From Eledone cirrhosa (taxonomy: Eukaryota): 64,000 bases of DNA. Below are positions 49,640 to 63,150 of this stretch, one piece after another. Under the pieces are notes generated by a model, which did no database searches, was not told the DNA's origin, and worked only from the letters and a program-made list of their open reading frames with translations. A program made the translations under genes and the position numbers. The stretch is from assembly GCA_964016885.1 (NCBI GenBank), contig OZ024743.1:154752001-154816000 (forward strand), read 5' to 3'. Numbering within the stretch: position 1 is the first letter of the stretch; the number at the start of each line of letters is the position of its first letter.

Positions 49640-50232
49640 AGCTCCGGCTGTTTCGAGAGCTGTAGAAGAAAATTCCTACCCCTCGTAGATCTTCATTTCC
49701 CTCTAGGCCACAAATGCCGACAGATATTTAATCGCCATAGAGTAAAAATAGGCTTCACCTTCGCCAATAACATTAACACAAATGTCCTCCACCTTCATGC
49801 AGAAGGCCAGAGATATGCACACTAAATCAACAGTGCACAAATGCAGCAGTGATATTTCAGGGAGAAGTGAACTCCACCACCGAGAACTACCAAACAGAAA
49901 ACTGTACTTATGTCGGAATGTAAGAGTGATGGTACAAAAGCCAGTAAATGAACCACGAAACTACCTTCACACATCCTAACAAAAACCGTGCCAGCCTGAC
50001 TAACCATGTGTGGAACCTTAAACATAACGCAACATATTTTCCTTTTAAATGGAGTATATTAGAAAAATGCACCCCTTGTGGGAGTAGGATTACATTTTGC
50101 CGTCTATTTAACACGGAAAATTTGAATATACTCTCAAAACTTGCATCAGATAAACGCTGCGTAAACACACGCCTCGACTGCTTTAGTCACTGTCCACACA
50201 AACAGAAATTCAACCTGTATGTATATTTATAG
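49640..50232 (+). pseudogene. Naiad-type PLE thumb/GIY-YIG fragment
   Basis: HFP..H..IFNRHRVKI, YVG, NHETTF...SLTNHVWNLK...KWSILEK...CRL..TE...VNTRLD....CPH. Confidence 0.75.
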
Positions 50233-51039
50233 GCATGTATGAATTGATTCTGGATGTTTGCAGTATCAAATATTTTATTTATTTCTATTAATTCCCTGTT
50301 TTATTTGTCTGTTCCTAACTTTTATTCATTCTCTGACACTTCTGATATATTCTTAGAAAGAAAATATTTTGCATTGGCCCCTAATATAATACCGTGTGCT
50401 TCAGAAGTGCCCAGATAATGACCTAGTCAGTCCCCCACAGCACGCTCTCACACACACGCATACACAAACACACACTGGTATATATATAGTGGAAGTATAA
50501 GTGCCGGTGATACATTTTCCAATGGCTAACGAACGAAACATCAATAACATTAGCCTCCATTGGGAAACTCCTGGTAACTAGCAAGGTATATGCCAGCTTG
50601 CCATGTGTTTCATATAATATCGTATATATACAGCTATGTCTGCATGGTGAAGGTTCATCCTTTTGTGATTACAGGGATCACACAGTCAATGATACACACA
50701 CAAGCACACACACATATATGTATATATATATATATGTTTGTATATATATATATATATATCCAAAATTAAATTAAGGTAAGGTTGTCATGTCTGAGATACA
50801 TGCGCCATATTCACTGCAGAATAAGCTCAAGGAATAGTTCCGAGCATTTTATATCAACTAGAAATAGATTGATACATATATATATATATATGGGTGGGAG
50901 GGGGTTTGGGGGGGGGCGTGTGTATGTGTGCATGTGTGTGTATCATTGACTGTGTGCTCGTTGTAATCACAAAATGATAAACATTCACCATGCAAACATA
51001 GTAGTAAATATACGATATTATATAAAACACATTCCGCCA

Positions 51040-51350
51040 TGCCTTCACATGCACATCCACCCACGTTGTCTGTGCCCTCCAGTGTTCCCTTTGCGGGTCT
51101 TTATATATCGGACAAACATGGCGCCGTATGGCGGAGCGTTTTGCCGAACAATTGAGGGACATCAGACTCGGTTTGGATACTCCTGTCGTCCGTCATTTCT
51201 GTTCTCCTGGTCATTCTTCCCTGCATGTTTCAGACCTGGGTGTCCTTTTACATCATGGATCACAGGCCTCGCGCACCAGCCTGAAAAAAGTTTCAACCAC
51301 CGCCTTGGGTCCCATTCCCCTCTGTACTCAACTCACCTCCCCAATTTCAC
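51040..51350 (+). pseudogene. PLE GIY-YIG endonuclease fragment
   Basis: FTCTSTHVVCALQCS..GL.YIGQT.R.MAERFAEQLRDIR....TPVVRHF. Confidence 0.75.
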
Positions 51351-51811
51351 TAATACCCCGTCCGTTTCCCACCCCTATATTCCTATCGCTTAATCTTGAT
51401 CATTAGCAGCTTCTCTTACAATTAATACATGCCGATACACACCCTTATATTGACATACTTTTGCTCATAGCTTTGTACTTACATGAACACACACTCTTTT
51501 CCTCACATACACACAAACATTTCTTTTTAGCTTCGTGAGAACGTATAACAAACACACACACACACAAACACACAAACACACAAACACATGCTTACGCACG
51601 TGCTCAAGTATAGCTCTTTTTCAAAACGTTTTTCTTTTAAATATCAGGTAGACGCGCTCCATCATCCACTTTTCTAAAAAAACAAATCGTACACAAAACC
51701 AACAGTTTTGCAAGAGATGTCAAGATGAATAGACCTGTTATTTTTATCTAAATACATTTTTTCCAATTCGATCCCGCCCGTCCCCTCAATCTATTTTATT
51801 TCTCATTCATT

Positions 51812-51845
51812 CTTCTGATGAAGGACTAGCGTCCGAAACGTTAAT
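51812..51845 (+). ncRNA. Minimal PLE hammerhead ribozyme
   Basis: TT-CTGATGA-a GGAC tagc GTCC-GAAA-CG-TT-AA with palindromic AACGTT, about 470 nt 3' of the endonuclease fragment. Confidence 0.8.
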
Positions 51846-51927
51846 ACCCTTTTCCTGCTATATCAAGCGTAAACCTAATACATACCTTCCATATACTGTA
51901 CCTATTTTGTTGTGATTTTTGTTTACG

Positions 51928-52114
<187 letters not shown>

Positions 52115-52596
52115 CAGCGATACCGTATTTCGGCTGCGGTCAAAAACAGAGCGAAACGCAATTTTCGAGATATGCGGCAAGCGTTCAATGGACTAAAAAA
52201 GACCAGAGCGATTAACATACGTTATAGAGGCCTAACAAACTGAAAACGGCGGTCATGCATTCATCAGTCACCGCCGCCAAAAAAACGAAGCAAGCTAAAC
52301 AGGTTGACAACAAATTTACCTGGACCTCCTGGAAATTGATGGTATAATCCAGTGGGAGGTTTCTGTGACATCTATATCAATTATACTGCCTGCGTTGGTT
52401 GTAAGCTTTTGGTATAACAATGGAACAAGGCTCCCATGTCGTCAACAGGTATATTGTTCTCAGCCGGCGAGCGGGTTTCAATGCATTAGTAGTGTTTAGT
52501 GTTGGCGTGATCACACCACGTGTTTACCATGCGAAAGAGGTAACCCCGGTTCTTTGGCGGATGCATTCAGAATGTGTAAAATGATTGCAAGAATTG

Positions 52597-53076
<480 letters not shown>

Positions 53077-53108
53077 AGATCAAAAGATGGTTAAAGGAGT
53101 TCCATGTA

Positions 53109-53175
53109 TTTTATTATGCGCATTTCAAAAACAAACATCATCATGCAATAATATTTGTGTTTTCATCAGATAAAA
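53109..53175 (-). ncRNA. Type I hammerhead, family C (unfolded copy)
   Basis: TTTTAT-CTGATGA-aaaca CAAATATTATT gcat GATGATGTTTG ttttt-GAAA-TGCGCA-TA-ATAAAA. Confidence 0.85.
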
Positions 53176-53273
53176 CATGAGAACATGATATGAAGGCTAA
53201 AAAAACACTTGTGGATAGTGCAGTTTTAAATCAACATATGAAAAGTGGTTTTAGATTGATGCGTGATATTGGG

Positions 53274-53683
53274 AAAAATATTTTATTTAGAGAGGGGGTG
53301 GAAAGGATGAACAAGGGGAGGAGATGAGAGGGAGAGATGGGTGATAGAGAGAAAGAGATAGTTTTTATAACTGAGAGAAGATATATTGTTTTACATAGAG
53401 AGGTTGAAAACCGTTGGAAGATAATGTATAAATTAAAAGAATTTGAAAATTAACGAAGGGAAGATATGTACGAGCAAAAAATATTTTATTTAGGGAGGGG
53501 GGGGTGGAAAGGATGAAAAAAGGGGGAGGAGATGAGAGTGAAGGTGGAGAGGGAGAGATGGGTGATAGAGAGAAAGAGATAGTTTTTATAACTGAGAAAA
53601 GATATATTGTTTTACATAGAGAGGTTGAGAACCGTTGGAAGATAATGTATAAATTAAAAGAATTTGAAAATTAACGAAGGGAA
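53274..53683. repeat. Tandem duplication with a unit of about 200 bp, within the family C element
   Basis: AAAATATTTT..GGGGTGGAAAGGATGAA...GAAAATTAACGAAGGGAA at about 53274-53462 and 53478-53683. Confidence 0.9.
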
Positions 53684-53828
53684 TTTATGTATGAAGATAG
53701 AGAGAAAAAATAAAAATTGTGGATGAATATTCTAACGTCAAAAAAGTGTATGTTGATAAGTATTGTGGCAATTTCAAAATTAACGAAGAGAAAAAATTAT
53801 TAAGGTTTGTGTGTAGAAGGATTTCTAC

Positions 53829-54068
<240 letters not shown>

Positions 54069-54685
54069 AAAGTGGAAGCAATATAGTGATGATAATGACC
54101 AAAGACATACAAAATATATGATAATTATCTTAAATATCTGAGCACCAACGTTTACTTGGCTGTAGGGTTAACGTTTCTCTTTTTCTGAGTATATTAATAA
54201 TAATTTCTATAACTCTGTCCGTCTCATCGATTTTATGTTCATAATAAATATATCCATGAATCATGTAAAACATATTTCCAGTTGCTTGAACTTCGACAAT
54301 CTGTTAAATTCAAGGTAGCATCAGTAATTATTCTCAGATACGTATTATATACATATTATATTTCCCGGCGCAAAATGATGTCATTGATGCTTCTTTCATT
54401 ACTCCCTGGAAATTGTATCACCAGAGCTGACACTTGTATGCAATATCTCTTCCAAAGCTATTCCCTTGCACACATATATATAGTTTGACAGATGCACACG
54501 CAACATCCGTAAACAAGCTCACAGGATTTATACATACGTATGCGTGTGCAAGGACATACTCCTGCGCACCTATATGGATATGTTCCCTCGTTCCCCCACC
54601 CACACACACACGTGTGTACGTCTGTACACGCAGGTACCAGCCCACATATGCATATGTGCATATATATATATATAAATGTGTATGT

Positions 54686-54716
<31 letters not shown>

Positions 54717-54894
54717 GTGTGTGTATATATATGTGTATGTTGTATGTTGTATGTTGTGGCCTCCAAGATATAGCTCAGGGCTCTATTATACTCAAATGTA
54801 TTCAGAAGGCCCCTAGTTTCATCTGTCGTAGAAAGAAATAAGGTAAATACGAGAAGCAGGTATTCGACAAAAATGATGAAACAGAACTTAAATA

Positions 54895-55770
54895 TATACA
54901 ATATTTTTAGTATTTTCTCTTTGGAGAATATATGAAGAGAATTTGTGGTCTTCCCAGTCTGGAATAACCTACATACAATGGAGCATGTCAGCCATATCCC
55001 TCTTCTAGTTGGAGATCGATAACCTGCAGGGTATGACCTCGGCACTTGTTAATGGTCATTTCATGACTGACTCTCACTGGGAATTGCAATCAATTTAAAC
55101 GAAAAGAGGCATTTCTTGATATTAGCGTTATTCTAATTATAAATGAGATGTCTTTTGCTAAATCCACTGAGAATTTTGACGTCGATAGTAGGCTGTTTTT
55201 CAGTTACAAACTTAAGCGTCCTATTCCCTAATATTCGCTGATTCATGTTTCTGAGAAGCATGGTGTATGTGTCCGTATCAGGGATAATCACGGTTGTTCG
55301 GAAGCATACAGAACAGTTCCAGTTTATTGAGAATTTCAACGGGATAATGGAGAGCATTGTTTGTCGACAACTTTGTCGATAGATTTATAGGTCCGGCTGT
55401 CTCAATGGATTACTTGTGAGAGATTTGTTTAGATGGCCCCCACAGTGATATTTGGGTTGGCAAGGAATATTATTTCACACAGCCACTCCTCATTAGTATG
55501 GTGGATTTTTAATTTGGGAAACACTTAATAAATTAAGCTTACAACTCTTTCCTCAACAATGAAAACAATGAAGGTTCACAACGTCCTTCAGTATGAAGAA
55601 ATTCCTTTTCTATAAATTGAAACGGCTGAGTGGTCATAATCCGTCTTCTTTGTATTCCCCTCCCTCTGGGCCTCTGTAATTCGCACTGAAGTAATTTCCG
55701 AGGCTGGGAAAATCTGAGGGTTCCCCATGCCCTCCATTCTATTTTTGGAAGAGTCGTTGGCCAGTGAAGC
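54895..55770 (-). pseudogene. Old Helitron helicase C-terminal fragment (Helitron 4)
   Basis: Across frameshifts: EWLCE, HYPVEILNKLE, MLLRNMN, IDVKILSG, LQFPVRVSHEMTINKCRGHTLQVI, H.PLYVGYSRLG..LFIY. Confidence 0.7.
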
Positions 55771-57169
55771 GGACATCATCTATATATATATATAACAGAA
55801 GATGTCTGTCAGTTTGTGTAACCGCATGCATTTCTACATGTTACAAGCGATTTGCACCAAATCTCATACAAAGGTTTCTGAAGTCTTGTTACGCATCGTG
55901 GGCTATTTTATTTCTCCGTACATCGATTGTGGGTCCCCCTAAAGGCAAGTACCCGCTTAAGCCTCTCGCTTGGAGTCAGCAGTACTACTGCATAAAGGCC
56001 CCATAACTCCTGCAGTTTGCCTCCCATCTTGACCAAAATCAATCTATTGTTTGCTTATGGCCTAAAAATAAATGTTCAGTCATGCACTTGCGCAGAAATT
56101 CAGGTAGGGGACGCCTTCCGGGGCAGTAAACCGACTTGATGAATGTTGAAGTTAATATCATCAATGCAACAAAACGTCATAACCGTTTGAGTTGGTGTTT
56201 GGATTTCACGAAGCGAGACGTATTACTTACCGATGGCTTATAAAGGAAGGTGAACACATGAACTTTTACTTGAACTTATCAAGGGGGCACCTTCAACTTA
56301 TCTATTCAAGTTCACATTAACACTGTATTAGTACCTGCTAACTTTTGACGTTTACGTTCGATCTTCGTTTTCACTTTCAAAACAACAATGATCGTCGGAT
56401 GAAATTTCAGAAATGTAAACATCTGATTCACTTGAAGTCTGAAGATAAATCAATATTTTCTTTTGTTTCTTGTTCATTTTGAATGTCGTCGTGTGTAAAA
56501 AACTTCAAAGTCGGTATCGTTTCTTTCATAAGCCACGTTGATGCAAACAAAAACTCTGTTCTACTTTCAACATTAAAAAACAGTTGTTGTTTTACGTTGT
56601 TTCACTATATTAAGTGTTAATTTTCGAAGTAGGGGCCTTATCTCGCAGTAATCTCGAATTGAAGAGATTTTGATGATGGTATTGTTTATTTTTAGAACAA
56701 TATTTAAGTGTGGCTGTTACGGCCGGTTTGGGGCGGTTTGAACAAATAAATGGGATATAATTTCGGCTGGGTTGAACACAAAATGGTTAAAGGAGGTTTA
56801 GTTAATGTGTTTATGGTCATAAGATTGCAGTTTATCATGCTGTGATATTTCGGCCATGTTTGCCTGTATCCTTTCAATGGTTAGTACTTACGTATTGCTA
56901 TGTTCCAACTGAACACACATACTGACACTTATATACCTATCACTGTAGCCACACTATTTAATTTCCTTTATCACATGTAGTCCGTACGTTGCGTTGCCCG
57001 TAACTTTAAACCTGAAATTTGACTGTTACACAAAATCTTGCAAAACATATCCACGTTCTCAGACCACATAGATTTATCACATTTTTTCACAATTTATATC
57101 CGTGTTTAGATTTGGTTACTTAAACGTTATTTGTCCACTATTTATCGTTTTCCCAGGTTAATTTTCTAA

Positions 57170-60100
57170 AGCAATTCCCACCAAGAAAATAACTCTCATT
57201 GGTCGATTATTTAATTATGCAAATAGGTCTAAGCGAAAGCGTCTCATCGAAGATGTAAAGGCAACTGCGATCAGGATAACAGTCGGCGTGAAATTTGACG
57301 TAACAAAAGTGAGGCCGCAACTTCTGCTGGTCGCGCACAAGAGAATGAAGGACGACGTGCGGTTCGACGTAGCAGGGATGCTGCTGCAACATTCGCTGCT
57401 CGCGTTCGAGAGGATGAAGGACGACGCGCCGTTCGACGTAGCATGGACGCCGATGAAACATTCGCTGCTTGCGCTCGACAGGATGAAGGACGACGCGCCG
57501 TTCGACGAAGCAGGAACGCCACTGCAACATCCGCTGCTCGCGCACGAGAGGATGAATGACGACGCGCCTTTCGGCGAAGCAGGGACGCTACTGCCACTGC
57601 TACTGCACGAAATACTGAAACCATAGTGCAACGACGTGGCCGACCTTTGCAAAGTGAACAGCGGCGATCATTGTTACATGGCATTTCTAGGACTTGCAAT
57701 TCACGATGGTTGTTAACTACGACCCCTCCTCCGACTACGCCGTCCATGCAGATATTCAAATTGGGAAAATGACCTATACTTGCCAGTTTTGTCGTACGAA
57801 AAAGTCGCCAGGGAAGAGAGATGGAATGAGCTGTTCAAACGGTAAGGTTAGACTACCTCCTATTCACGATCCTCCAGAGACATTTCAACTCCTTTTGACA
57901 GACACGACGGAGGAATCATCGAAGTTTCTGCGTAATATCCACCGCTACAATTCCGCGTTTCGGATGACATCCTTCGGAGCAAAGCTTGCCTCAGAACGTG
58001 GTTTCATGCCAACTGTCAAGGTCCAGGGGCAGATCTACCACTTGATTGGGTCTATTCCGCCTCTGGCAGACAAGGATCCTCAATTTCTTCACTTATACTT
58101 CGTTGGAAACTATCAGGAGCAGGCAGAGATGCGAAACTCTATGTCGTCCGAAACTAACATTGAAACCATAATAAAACTTCAAGAAATGCTTCATGACCAA
58201 AACAGCTATGTTTGCAGTTTCAAGTACGCTTTGGAAACAGCCGACGATCATATCTTTAGTGTGGTCCTACATGCTGACCGAAGGCCATCTGGAGAACACG
58301 CTGCTCGGTTCAACGCACCAACATGTAATGAGATTGTTGCGGTCATTAGTAGCGAACAGCACAACAATAGATATATTCTAAAGCACTGAGACAGCACAAT
58401 ACAGCGTATCAATGAGACACACAGGTCCTACGATGCACTCCAGTATCCATTGATATTTGTCCACGGCGAGGACGGATACCATTTCGGCATTCCTCAACAT
58501 TCGGCACGCAATGGTGAGGCACATCTTAGAAAAACTGTCACCTTCATGGATTTCTAGGCTTTCCGATTTATGGTAAGGGATAATTCATTCAACCATCTAC
58601 ACCGTTCTCGGGACATTTTCCATCAATTTGCTGATTATATGGCCGTTAAAATGGAGTCCGAGAGATTATGGTTCATTAAACTTAATTAGACGAAACTTCG
58701 ATCTGTATGCTACATTCATCTACGCGATGGAATTAACAACGACGTATTAGGGCAATTTAGGGCAATTTAGGGCAAGTGTGTATTTTGCCTTCAATGTTCA
58801 CAGGGGGACCCCGATACATGCCCAAGAGGACTCAGGACGCCATGACTTACGTACGACAATATGGGCGACACGACCTTTTCATAACGTTTACATGCAATAC
58901 CAAGTGGATGGAGATTACAAACGAACTGTTCCATGGTCAAGCGCCAAGACACAAGCACGATCTCATAGCATGAGTGTTTCGCCTGGAATCATCCAAATTA
59001 ATTGATTTATTAAAGAAAGGACAGATTTCGGGGCCTGTCAGGTGCGAAATGTACACGGTTGAATGACAGAAATGAGGGCTACCGCATGCCCATATCTTGA
59101 TTTGGTTGGTTACAAAAAACAGTTCAAACTACATCGACAAATTCATTTCTGCCGAACTACCTGATCCATCGATTGACAAGGACCTCTTCTCTATAGTCAC
59201 ATCAAACATGTTCCATGGTCTTTGCGGACATGGACTCAATATGATGTCCCAGTGCATACACGACGGAAACTGTACAGAACGATATCCCAGGCCGGTTTTA
59301 CAGGAAACACAGACTCGCGGTGACGGATATCCGTTGTATAGGCGCAGGAGAGCTGAAGACGGTGGATTCACAGCAAAAGTTGGCGAACCTGAAATCGAAA
59401 ACAGCTGGATAGTGCCATATTTCCCCCGCCTCTTGAAAACGTTCAACGCCCATAAAAACATCGAATTTTGCAACTCAGTAAAATCAGTTAAGTACGTATG
59501 TAAGCACATAAACAAGGGATCTGATGCTGCTGTCTATGGTCTTTGTCATCAAAAGAGTAGAGGCGAGGTATCTGACTACCAGGCAAGCCGATACATTAAC
59601 ACCAATGAAGCCTTTTGGCGCATGTTTGGCTTCCCACTGCACCAATGACACCACGTCATTAAACAACTTACCGTTGAACTTGAAAACAGTAAACGGGTAT
59701 ATTTCAACGATGCAACAGCTGCTCTGCTAGCGATCTCAACAAAGGAAACTGCACTCACCGCTTTTTTCAAACTTTGTCAACATGACGAGTTCGCTCGAAC
59801 TCTGTTGTTATCTGAAATACTGTCTTACAATACATGGAACCGGACAAAATGTCTACGAAGGAAGGTAGTGCAAGAGTTGGTTGGAGATCCAGGCATCAAA
59901 TCGACAATTGCTTTGGGCGCGTTTATACGGTCCACCATACCCAGCCCAAATGCTTCAAACTATGGCTTCTGCTCCATGAGGTAGGAGGGCCGACCAGCTT
60001 CACTCCTCTGAGAACCGTCGATGGATACACCTGTCGAACGTACAGGGAAGCCTGCTTCAGGCGTGTACTTTTAGAAGATGACGCACAATGGGATGCATAC

Positions 60101-61070
60101 TTGACGGAAGCTGCCATCTCACAATCATTCCGTAGTCTAAGGGCACTTTTTGATATCCTTTTGCACGTCTGTGAATTGAGCGATCCTTACTCTTTATGGC
60201 AAAAGTTTAAAGGCGATTTCGCAGACGAATATAGGCGTCTCGCTCAATTACAATCTGCAAACTTAGATGTCGGCTTTTCAGACGCTATATATAACAGAGC
60301 TCTGATAGATATTGAAGACAGAGTGGCTTCAATGAGCGGAGATGTGTTGGAGAAATATTGGCTTCCGGAAACACTTCGATATGCGCCATCTGACATTCCC
60401 AACGACATTATACGTGAAACGAATTCAAAAGAATGTTGAAGAAAATGAACCAACATTTATAATGGATCAAAAACAAGTCTACAACATTTGCGTTGATTCC
60501 ATCCGTAATCAGGCAGGAGGTATCTTCCTCCTAGACGCACCTGGTGCACCGTCAAAACATTTGTAATCAAACTTTTACTCGCTGCAGTGAGGCAACCCGG
60601 AAACATCGCATTGGCTGTGGCTTCCTCCGGCACTGCAGCAACTTTGCTGCCTGGCGGCAGGACGTCTATTCTGCCTTCAGTCTTCCTCTCAACGTGGCAT
60701 CATCTGAGACACCCATGTGCAACATCAGCAAGTCTTCCGTAAAAGCACTAGTGTTAAAGCGCTGCCTACTAATTGTTTGGGACGAATGTACAATGGCCCA
60801 CAAGGCGGCTTTCGACGCATTAGCCCGCTCACTCAGAGACATCAGGGTCTATCAAGAACCAATGGGAGATGTCAATTTCCTGTTATCTGGGGACTCTGTA
60901 TGTAATCCCAAAAGGTACGCGGGCTGATGATGTTGGTGCATGCGTTAAGGCCTCCCAACTTTGGCGTTATGTAAAACATCTGACGCTTACAACAGACATG
61001 GGAGCACAATCGTAAGGTGATGAGACAATAGCGGGTTTTATATGTATATTAATAGATGTTGGACAAACTG
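57170..61070 (+). pseudogene. Helitron 3 Rep-helicase, decayed
   Basis: C.FC, YNSAFRMTSFGA, VQGQIYHLIG, FTGGPRYM...QDAMTYVRQYG..DLFITFTCN, GLPHAHIL (HUH), YPLYRRR, SVKYVCKHINKG, LDAPGA, IVWDECTMAHK. Confidence 0.92.
57330..57600 (+). repeat. 69-bp tandem repeat (about 4 units) coding 23-aa N-terminal Helitron repeats
   Basis: ATGAA.GACGACG anchors at 57345, 57414, 57483 and 57552. Confidence 0.9.
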
Positions 61071-61564
61071 ACAGTATCTGCCTGCTAGAACGGATAGTAA
61101 AATCTCCCCCTACTCACTCCCCTATTCCGTTTTCGGAAAATATTTCGACAGCGATCTTGTTGCTGGTCAGATTAGATGAAACCACACAAACTTAGCCGTC
61201 ACTTTGCAAACAAACTTCTTCTTCATAAATATATAGATAGATGGGTAGATAGATCTAGATACATATAAAGGAGGTAGAGAAGGAGAGGGTGAGGTGGCGT
61301 GAATGAAAGGTGTTTCTCTTTATATATATATATACATATCTTGACGGAAGAAGAGAGAGTATTTTGTGTTTAAAATAGAAGTAAATTCTCCTCCAACCAA
61401 CCCTATTCTCATTCCGGAAAATAGGTTAACAATGAACTTCATTATTTGTAAACACACGAAAAACATTAATTATCACTAATTTTATTTAGTGATATATATA
61501 TATATATATAATAGTGAAAGAGTGAAGAATAACATGGTCGACTGTACAAAAGCTTTTATTAATA

Positions 61565-61622
61565 GTATTAACAAATGTTTCATTGATCAGGTGTGTCTAA
61601 AGGCCGCTAATCATCGGAATAC
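61565..61622 (-). ncRNA. Hammerhead motif, CCGATGA core, stem II partly deleted
   Basis: GTATT-CCGATGA-ttagcggcc...ctgatcaat-GAAA-CATTTG-TT-AATAC. Confidence 0.5.
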
Positions 61623-61624
61623 AG

Positions 61625-61733
61625 TATTCCGATGATTTGATCAGAGACACACACTGTACTTAAGGTCAAGTGGTGCAACTTCGAGTGATTAGCGGCCTTT
61701 AGACTCACCTGATCAATGAAATAATTGTTAATA
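61625..61733 (+). ncRNA. Type I hammerhead, CCGATGA core, long stem II insertion
   Basis: TATT-CCGATGA-t TTGATCAG [64 nt] CTGATCAA t-GAAA-TAATTG-TT-AATA. Confidence 0.75.
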
Positions 61734-61969
61734 AAACCCTTTTTGTACAGATGACCATGTTATTCTTCACCCTTTCACTACTATTACTCCAAGAATAACC
61801 TGCATGAGAATTCTCGCAAACTCGTGACCTAACTGAGGAAACCTCTTGTTGGAGAAAACAACGCCGTAGGTTAAAACTATCCATATACAGAGTACTCACA
61901 ACGTCTAACTGGCTAACTGGATAACCTAAAACGATAACTTGTTATCCCATATATATATATATATATATA

Positions 61970-62243
61970 TTGTTATACTTTTGGAGAGTCATGTTGTCAA
62001 TAAGAAACACACACACTAGTTGCTTTCACTCCAATTTATTATAAATTAAAAGGTTTTCCTACAAACATTTTTTTATTATGTTTTCAAAGGTTTTGCGGTT
62101 GGTTGGTTGGTTCCACAACCGGAGGGTTGTTCATATATTGTCAAAGTTCTTTCGTCACACATTATGTGACCTCTTCAGTGATTGGGGATTCTTTTCTTTG
62201 TTTTGTGTCTCTCCTTTGTTCTGTCCTACGCCATCTTGTTTGT

Positions 62244-62321
<78 letters not shown>

Positions 62322-63150
62322 TATTTCGTTTCTAAATTTGTTTAGCAAGATTCTTTATCTGAAATCGTGTGTTGAAACCGATATTGTTATACTTTGGGAG
62401 GGTCATGTTGCCAATAAGAAACACACGCACCATGCTTTCACTTCAATTTATTATATATTTATAAATTTATAAATTTACAAATCTACAAAATTATAAATTT
62501 CTGGTTGGTTGGTTGGTTCCACAACCAGATAATTGTTTATATATAGTCATAGTCCTTTCGTCACACACTATGTGACGAAAGGACTATGACTATATATAAA
62601 CAATGGGGATTCCTTTCTTTGTTTCTGTGCCTTTCCTTTCTTCTATCCTACGCCATTTTGTTTCTGTGTGTGTGTTGTGTGCTCAGTTTGCGCATGCGCC
62701 ACATCCGGCTGTCTGTGTGTGTTTGTGTTCATTTATCTATTTGTTTATTTATTTATTTATTTATTATTGGTTGGTTGTTTGTTCTCTGTGTGTGTGTGTT
62801 TTCATTTTGTCCTGTGTGTGTTTTCATTTTGTCCTTAATTGTAAGTTGTGATGTTGCTGTTCCACTCATATTTTCTATTTAATTTTGGTTGTAATTCGTT
62901 TATGCTTACTGCCTCTGTAATTTGCCTAAACGTGCCGGCGTTGTATGGGCTTCGAAAAGACCATAAAACGGGCTGTGACCCTGTCGCGGGACCACCAACA
63001 CGGCCAGTCTGTGGAGCTAACATTGCTAGTAACTACAGACTGTCCTACTTCCTCTCCCTGATCATACGGTTACTCGCGCCGATTCTGCTGAGGAGGTCCT
63101 CCGTGCTGTCACATACATCTGGGGACATCTCAATGATGGGGCGTATGATT
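61970..63150. mobile_element. Family E PLE mosaic: two pseudo-LTR copies and short RT pieces in alternating orientation
   Basis: 61970-62245 and 62320-62930 match 25590-26140; 62930-63069 matches 27813-27835 plus 27840-27951 on +; about 63081-63149 matches 27943-28011 on -. Confidence 0.85.
62140..62182 (-). ncRNA. Minimal hammerhead motif, family E
   Basis: TCA-CTGAAGA-g GTCACA taatg TGTGAC-GAAA-gaac-TT-TGA. Confidence 0.7.

Larger units (their letters stand above)
55779..61070 (+). mobile_element. Helitron 3, 3'-truncated
   Basis: 5' A|TCTATATATATATAACAGAAGATGTCTGTC; decayed Rep-helicase follows; no 3' hairpin-CTRR found. Confidence 0.75.
61512..61950 (+). mobile_element. Naiad-type 3' terminal fragment with fold-back, inserted in (TA)n
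   Basis: 61731-61950 is homologous to the reverse complement of 13582-13800; 61512-61613 is inverted at 61686-61780. Confidence 0.75.

Noticed and set aside
52246-52277. CGGCGGT...ACCGCCG hairpin containing CTGATGA on the minus strand (HHR or SECIS?)
   Set aside because: Lacks GAAA and stem III and is too short for SECIS geometry
57207-57759. Overlapping repeat-rich ORFs on both strands, or a CRISPR-like array
   Set aside because: A contiguous 69-bp coding tandem repeat without unique spacers; the listed ORFs are alternative frames of the Helitron N-terminus
58747-58776. TTAGGG-containing repeats as an interstitial telomere
   Set aside because: Three copies of a 10-bp unit (TTAGGGCAAT), a local duplication within Helitron coding sequence, not (TTAGGG)n
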